From the NCBI RefSeq assembly GCF_001194135.2, contig NC_068997.1, positions 2,203,457 to 2,267,456 of the forward strand: a stretch of DNA of 64,000 nucleotides. Reading direction: 5' to 3'. The notes under the pieces were generated by a model. It did no database searches and had not been told where the DNA came from. It saw nothing but the letters and a program-made list of their open reading frames with translations. Numbering within the stretch: position 1 is the first letter of the stretch; each line of letters begins with the position of its first letter. Origin of the DNA: Octopus bimaculoides. Its lineage: Eukaryota. Positions 61,278-64,000 of the stretch are shown here, in pieces. Both the position numbers and the translations under genes were made by a program.

Positions 61278-62077
61278 ATGAATAAGTTCAAAGTCAAAGG
61301 GGAGTGGCCATTCCAGTTTAAATGCCTGCCAGCCAAAGAATGTCACTAAAGCCCAAATGTGTAAAGAAAAAAAATATTTGATCTTAAAGGGAAATAACTC
61401 TTAACTTTCTAATGAGAGTTATTTCCCCTCTGTCGTTTTTGTTTATTTTAATGATCACCCAACCGGTGTGTTACAAATAATAGTTAAATGCCCCTCAGAT
61501 AACACACACCGTCAGTTTAAACACAGGGGAAAAACATTGGCTTATGTAGTCTTGAATACATTATGTCAGAATTAAAAGCAGGAGGGTCACAGCTGAGAAA
61601 TCTCTGATCATCAGCTTAATACTGAATAAATAAATCTGTCCAGAGTAGATTTAGTCTCGGGGGTCAACCGGTCTTCTACAGGTGTGAAAGTTAATATACA
61701 ACGAAGTAGTCAGGCGGTAGAGTTCATGTCTTGTGTTTCAATATGATCTAAGTTGTGTAGTATTGTCATCATTGTAACCTATCCTTAATAAGATATTCCA
61801 AACTCATTCTCTCCCACCTCCAGAGATCATCTCTTCAACTGAGACTATACTGGCTGTTGTTCCATGCATATGCCCGAGTTGCTTCTCTCTCCTAACCACA
61901 ATAGTCAGCACTCCATGAATAGTGTGACACAGATGGACCACTTCCAAGAGAGTTCACCCAAAACACTAGTAATAATATACTCTCACCAAACCCACTATTC
62001 TCTTAAACATTGTCTTTCTCTGTCAGCCACATTCCTCTCTTTCTCTTTCTCTCTCTGTATATATATATATATATACT

Positions 62078-62328
62078 AGGCACCTGGGTCCTGTGCAGGC
62101 GGCACGTAAAAAACACCATTTTGAGCGTGGGTGTTGCCAGTACCGCCTGACTGGCACGTAAAAGCACTTACTACACTCTCAGAGTGGTTGGCGTTAGGAA
62201 GGGCATCCAGCTGTAGAAACTCTGCCAGATCAGATTGGAGCCTGGTGCAGCCATCCGGTTTCACCAGTCCTCAGTCAAATCGTCCAACCCATGTTAGCAT
62301 GGAAAGCGGACGTTAAACGATGATGATA
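62078..62328 (+). mobile_element. SINE family A with (GAT)n tail
   Basis: ...GGCGTTAGGAAGGGCATCCAGCTGTAGAAAC...GCATGGAAAGCGGACGTTAAACGATGATGAT; copies ~15845(-), ~17690(+), ~36324(+), ~48950(+), ~55860(-), ~57918(-), ~63130(-). Confidence 0.85.
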
Positions 62329-62418
62329 TATATATAGATATATATATATATATACATATATGTATATGTATATATATGTGTGTGTGTGTGTGTGTATATA
62401 TATGTATATATCTACGCA

Positions 62419-62611
62419 CACGAGGGGTTGCTGAAAGATTCCTGGCTTTGGGTAAAAGGAAATACAGGAGGATCAGTTAATTATGATTTTATCCTACATA
62501 TTCCCCTTGCAGATTCACAATTATTGCAGCAGTCCTTCAGTTTTTGTTCAGTTCTGCAAAAGAACTTGGAAGGTTGGGCCTCCAAACAGGCTTTTCACAG
62601 CACCCCTTGTG
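62419..62611. mobile_element. Mariner-type MITE, second copy of the 31820 family
   Basis: CGAGGGGTTGCTGAAAGATTCCTGGC...; shares AAATACAGGAGGATCAGTTAATTATG core. Confidence 0.65.
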
Positions 62612-63129
62612 TTTGTGTATATATATATGTTTCACTTGTATCAGTCATTAGACTGGGGCACTGCCTTCAATTTTTAGTCGCATGAATCGCCCTCAGTACT
62701 TACTTTTTAAGTTTGGTACTCGTTCTATCGTTCTCTTTTCCTGAACCCGTAAGTTATGGCGACGTAAACACACCAACAACAGTTGTCAAGTGGCAATGGA
62801 GGGACAAATACTGTCACAAACACATCAATATATATATATATATATATATACACAATGAGCTTCTTTCAGTTTCCATCTACCAAATCCATTCACAAGGCTT
62901 TGGTCAGGCCCAAGGCCATAATAGAAGACATTTTCCCAAAGTGCCACACAGTGGAAATGAACCCAGAACCACGTGGTTGGGAAGAAAGCTTCTTACCACA
63001 CAACCACTCCTGCACCTTATGCATATTTTTATTAATATTTAATGAAAGTATACATATAATCATATGTATATATACAGTTCTAATTTTCCTGTTTGCACCA
63101 ACATACCTGTGTATGCATATATATATATA

Positions 63130-63310
63130 TCATCATCATCGTTTAACGTCCGCTTTCCATGCTAGCATGGGTTGGACGATTTGACTGAGGACTGGTGAAA
63201 CCGGATGGCAACACCAGGCTCCAATCTGATCTGGCAGAGTTTCTACAGCTGGATGCCCTTCCTAACGCCAACCACTCAGCGAGTGTAGTGGGTGCTTTTA
63301 CGTGTCACCA
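63130..63310 (-). mobile_element. SINE family A, 5'-truncated
   Basis: Reverse complement of the 3' part of 62078-62328. Confidence 0.85.
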
Positions 63311-63390
63311 AGAAAAAAGCAAAAGAGAGAGAATGCTTTTTTCTTGGTGACTTCTTCTTTGTGACATAATGCTTGGGAAAGAATATATTT

Positions 63391-63489
63391 GCGGCTGAAG
63401 ATAGCTTTATACCATCCTGTCCATCAATTATATACCCATATAATGATGCAACGACTGTTTGGGTATAAAGCTTGAAAGACATCTACCGC
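63391..63489 (+). ncRNA. Type I hammerhead ribozyme, intact core, long stem II
   Basis: GCGG-CTGAAGA-T-AGCTTTATACC..GGTATAAAGCT-T-GAAA-GACATC-TA|CCGC; 11-bp perfect stem II; predicted CUA cleavage 63485/63486. Confidence 0.75.
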
Positions 63490-63536
63490 GGAATCCTTTG
63501 TGTTCTGTTTTAATTTTACGTTTTGAATTTATGTAT

Positions 63537-63567
<31 letters not shown>

Positions 63568-63796
63568 TACACTCTCTGAGTAACAGTTTGTGAAAATTTT
63601 TTGGGCGTTGATAAAAAGCATATTAATCTACCTTCGATATTCAAGTACTATTTTTGTGTGTGTGTATGTGCGTGTGTCTACATGTGTTTGTATGTGTATA
63701 TGTGTATATATGTGTGTGTGTATGTGTGTATATATATACATACACACATGTGCTGCTGCTGGTTTCTCTTCCATCTTTGGAGTTTTCCCTTTCCCC

Positions 63797-63830
63797 TTTC
63801 CAATGAAGAGCTGTGCTCGAAATGTCAGAC
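63797..63830 (+). ncRNA. Degenerate minimal hammerhead (same family as 50821)
   Basis: CCAATGA-A-GAGC-TGT-GCTC-GAAATGTC; followed by CTGAGTGTCAAGCTAATAA. Confidence 0.42.
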
Positions 63831-64000
63831 TCTCTCTCTCTTTTTACTGAGTGTCAAGCTAATAATACATTCCTTGTGCATATCCTCTTGTTGTCCGTTA
63901 ATTTTATTCGTTTATTTCAATTGACTGTAACCTCGTGTATATCGGTGGTGATTTTTTTCTTCCTCTGTTTTCCCTTCTTTGGGCTTTCCTGTATTTTCAA

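Noticed and set aside
61389-61427. 13-bp perfect inverted repeat GGGAAATAACTCT
   Set aside because: Related GGGAGATAACT motifs recur (~19423, ~30038), so it is probably part of a common dispersed repeat; no specific function supportable.
1-64000. Many long ORFs in the track made of IYIY/CVCV/THTH or X runs
   Set aside because: Translations of (AT)n, (GT)n microsatellites and N gaps; no coding signal.
58971-64000. Next upstream myosin exon (expected YMDIEFD...GGVI.N-like)
   Set aside because: No matching AG/GT-bounded segment found; presumed beyond the window end.

Overview
Eukaryotic, AT-rich, gap-containing draft genomic sequence with dense (AT)n/(GT)n/(AAT)n/(GAT)n microsatellites. The repeat families look cephalopod, most likely Octopus; that species call is inference from repeat recognition. 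The main feature is a minus-strand class I unconventional myosin of the MYO1A/B subfamily. I traced 24 coding exons by hand from 58970 to the stop at 14423 (2678 nt; all GT-AG with consistent phases). They encode about 891 aa of motor domain, 4 IQ motifs and a TH1 tail. The N-terminal ~185 aa (P-loop, switch I) were not found and probably lie beyond 64000. The first exon found is a 14-nt microexon. Introns are packed with four SINE families, Tc1/mariner, hAT and piggyBac-like MITEs, a Helentron-like element and foldback repeats. The most unexpected signal is 11 type-I hammerhead ribozyme motifs of the Penelope-element 'minimal, palindromic stem III' kind. Several have intact cores, four sit within ~1.1 kb, most are antisense to the myosin, and several share a non-canonical pair at the base of stem II. 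Other leads: a genomic Gln (CAG) at a conserved Arg of the SH1 helix (candidate A-to-I Q/R recoding, overlapping a cryptic in-frame 5' splice site), two pre-miRNA-sized near-perfect hairpins, complete strand bias of one SINE family, and a weak 3-exon candidate for a convergent plus-strand membrane-protein gene at 0.4-4.4 kb. No prokaryotic features such as CRISPR arrays or operons are present.
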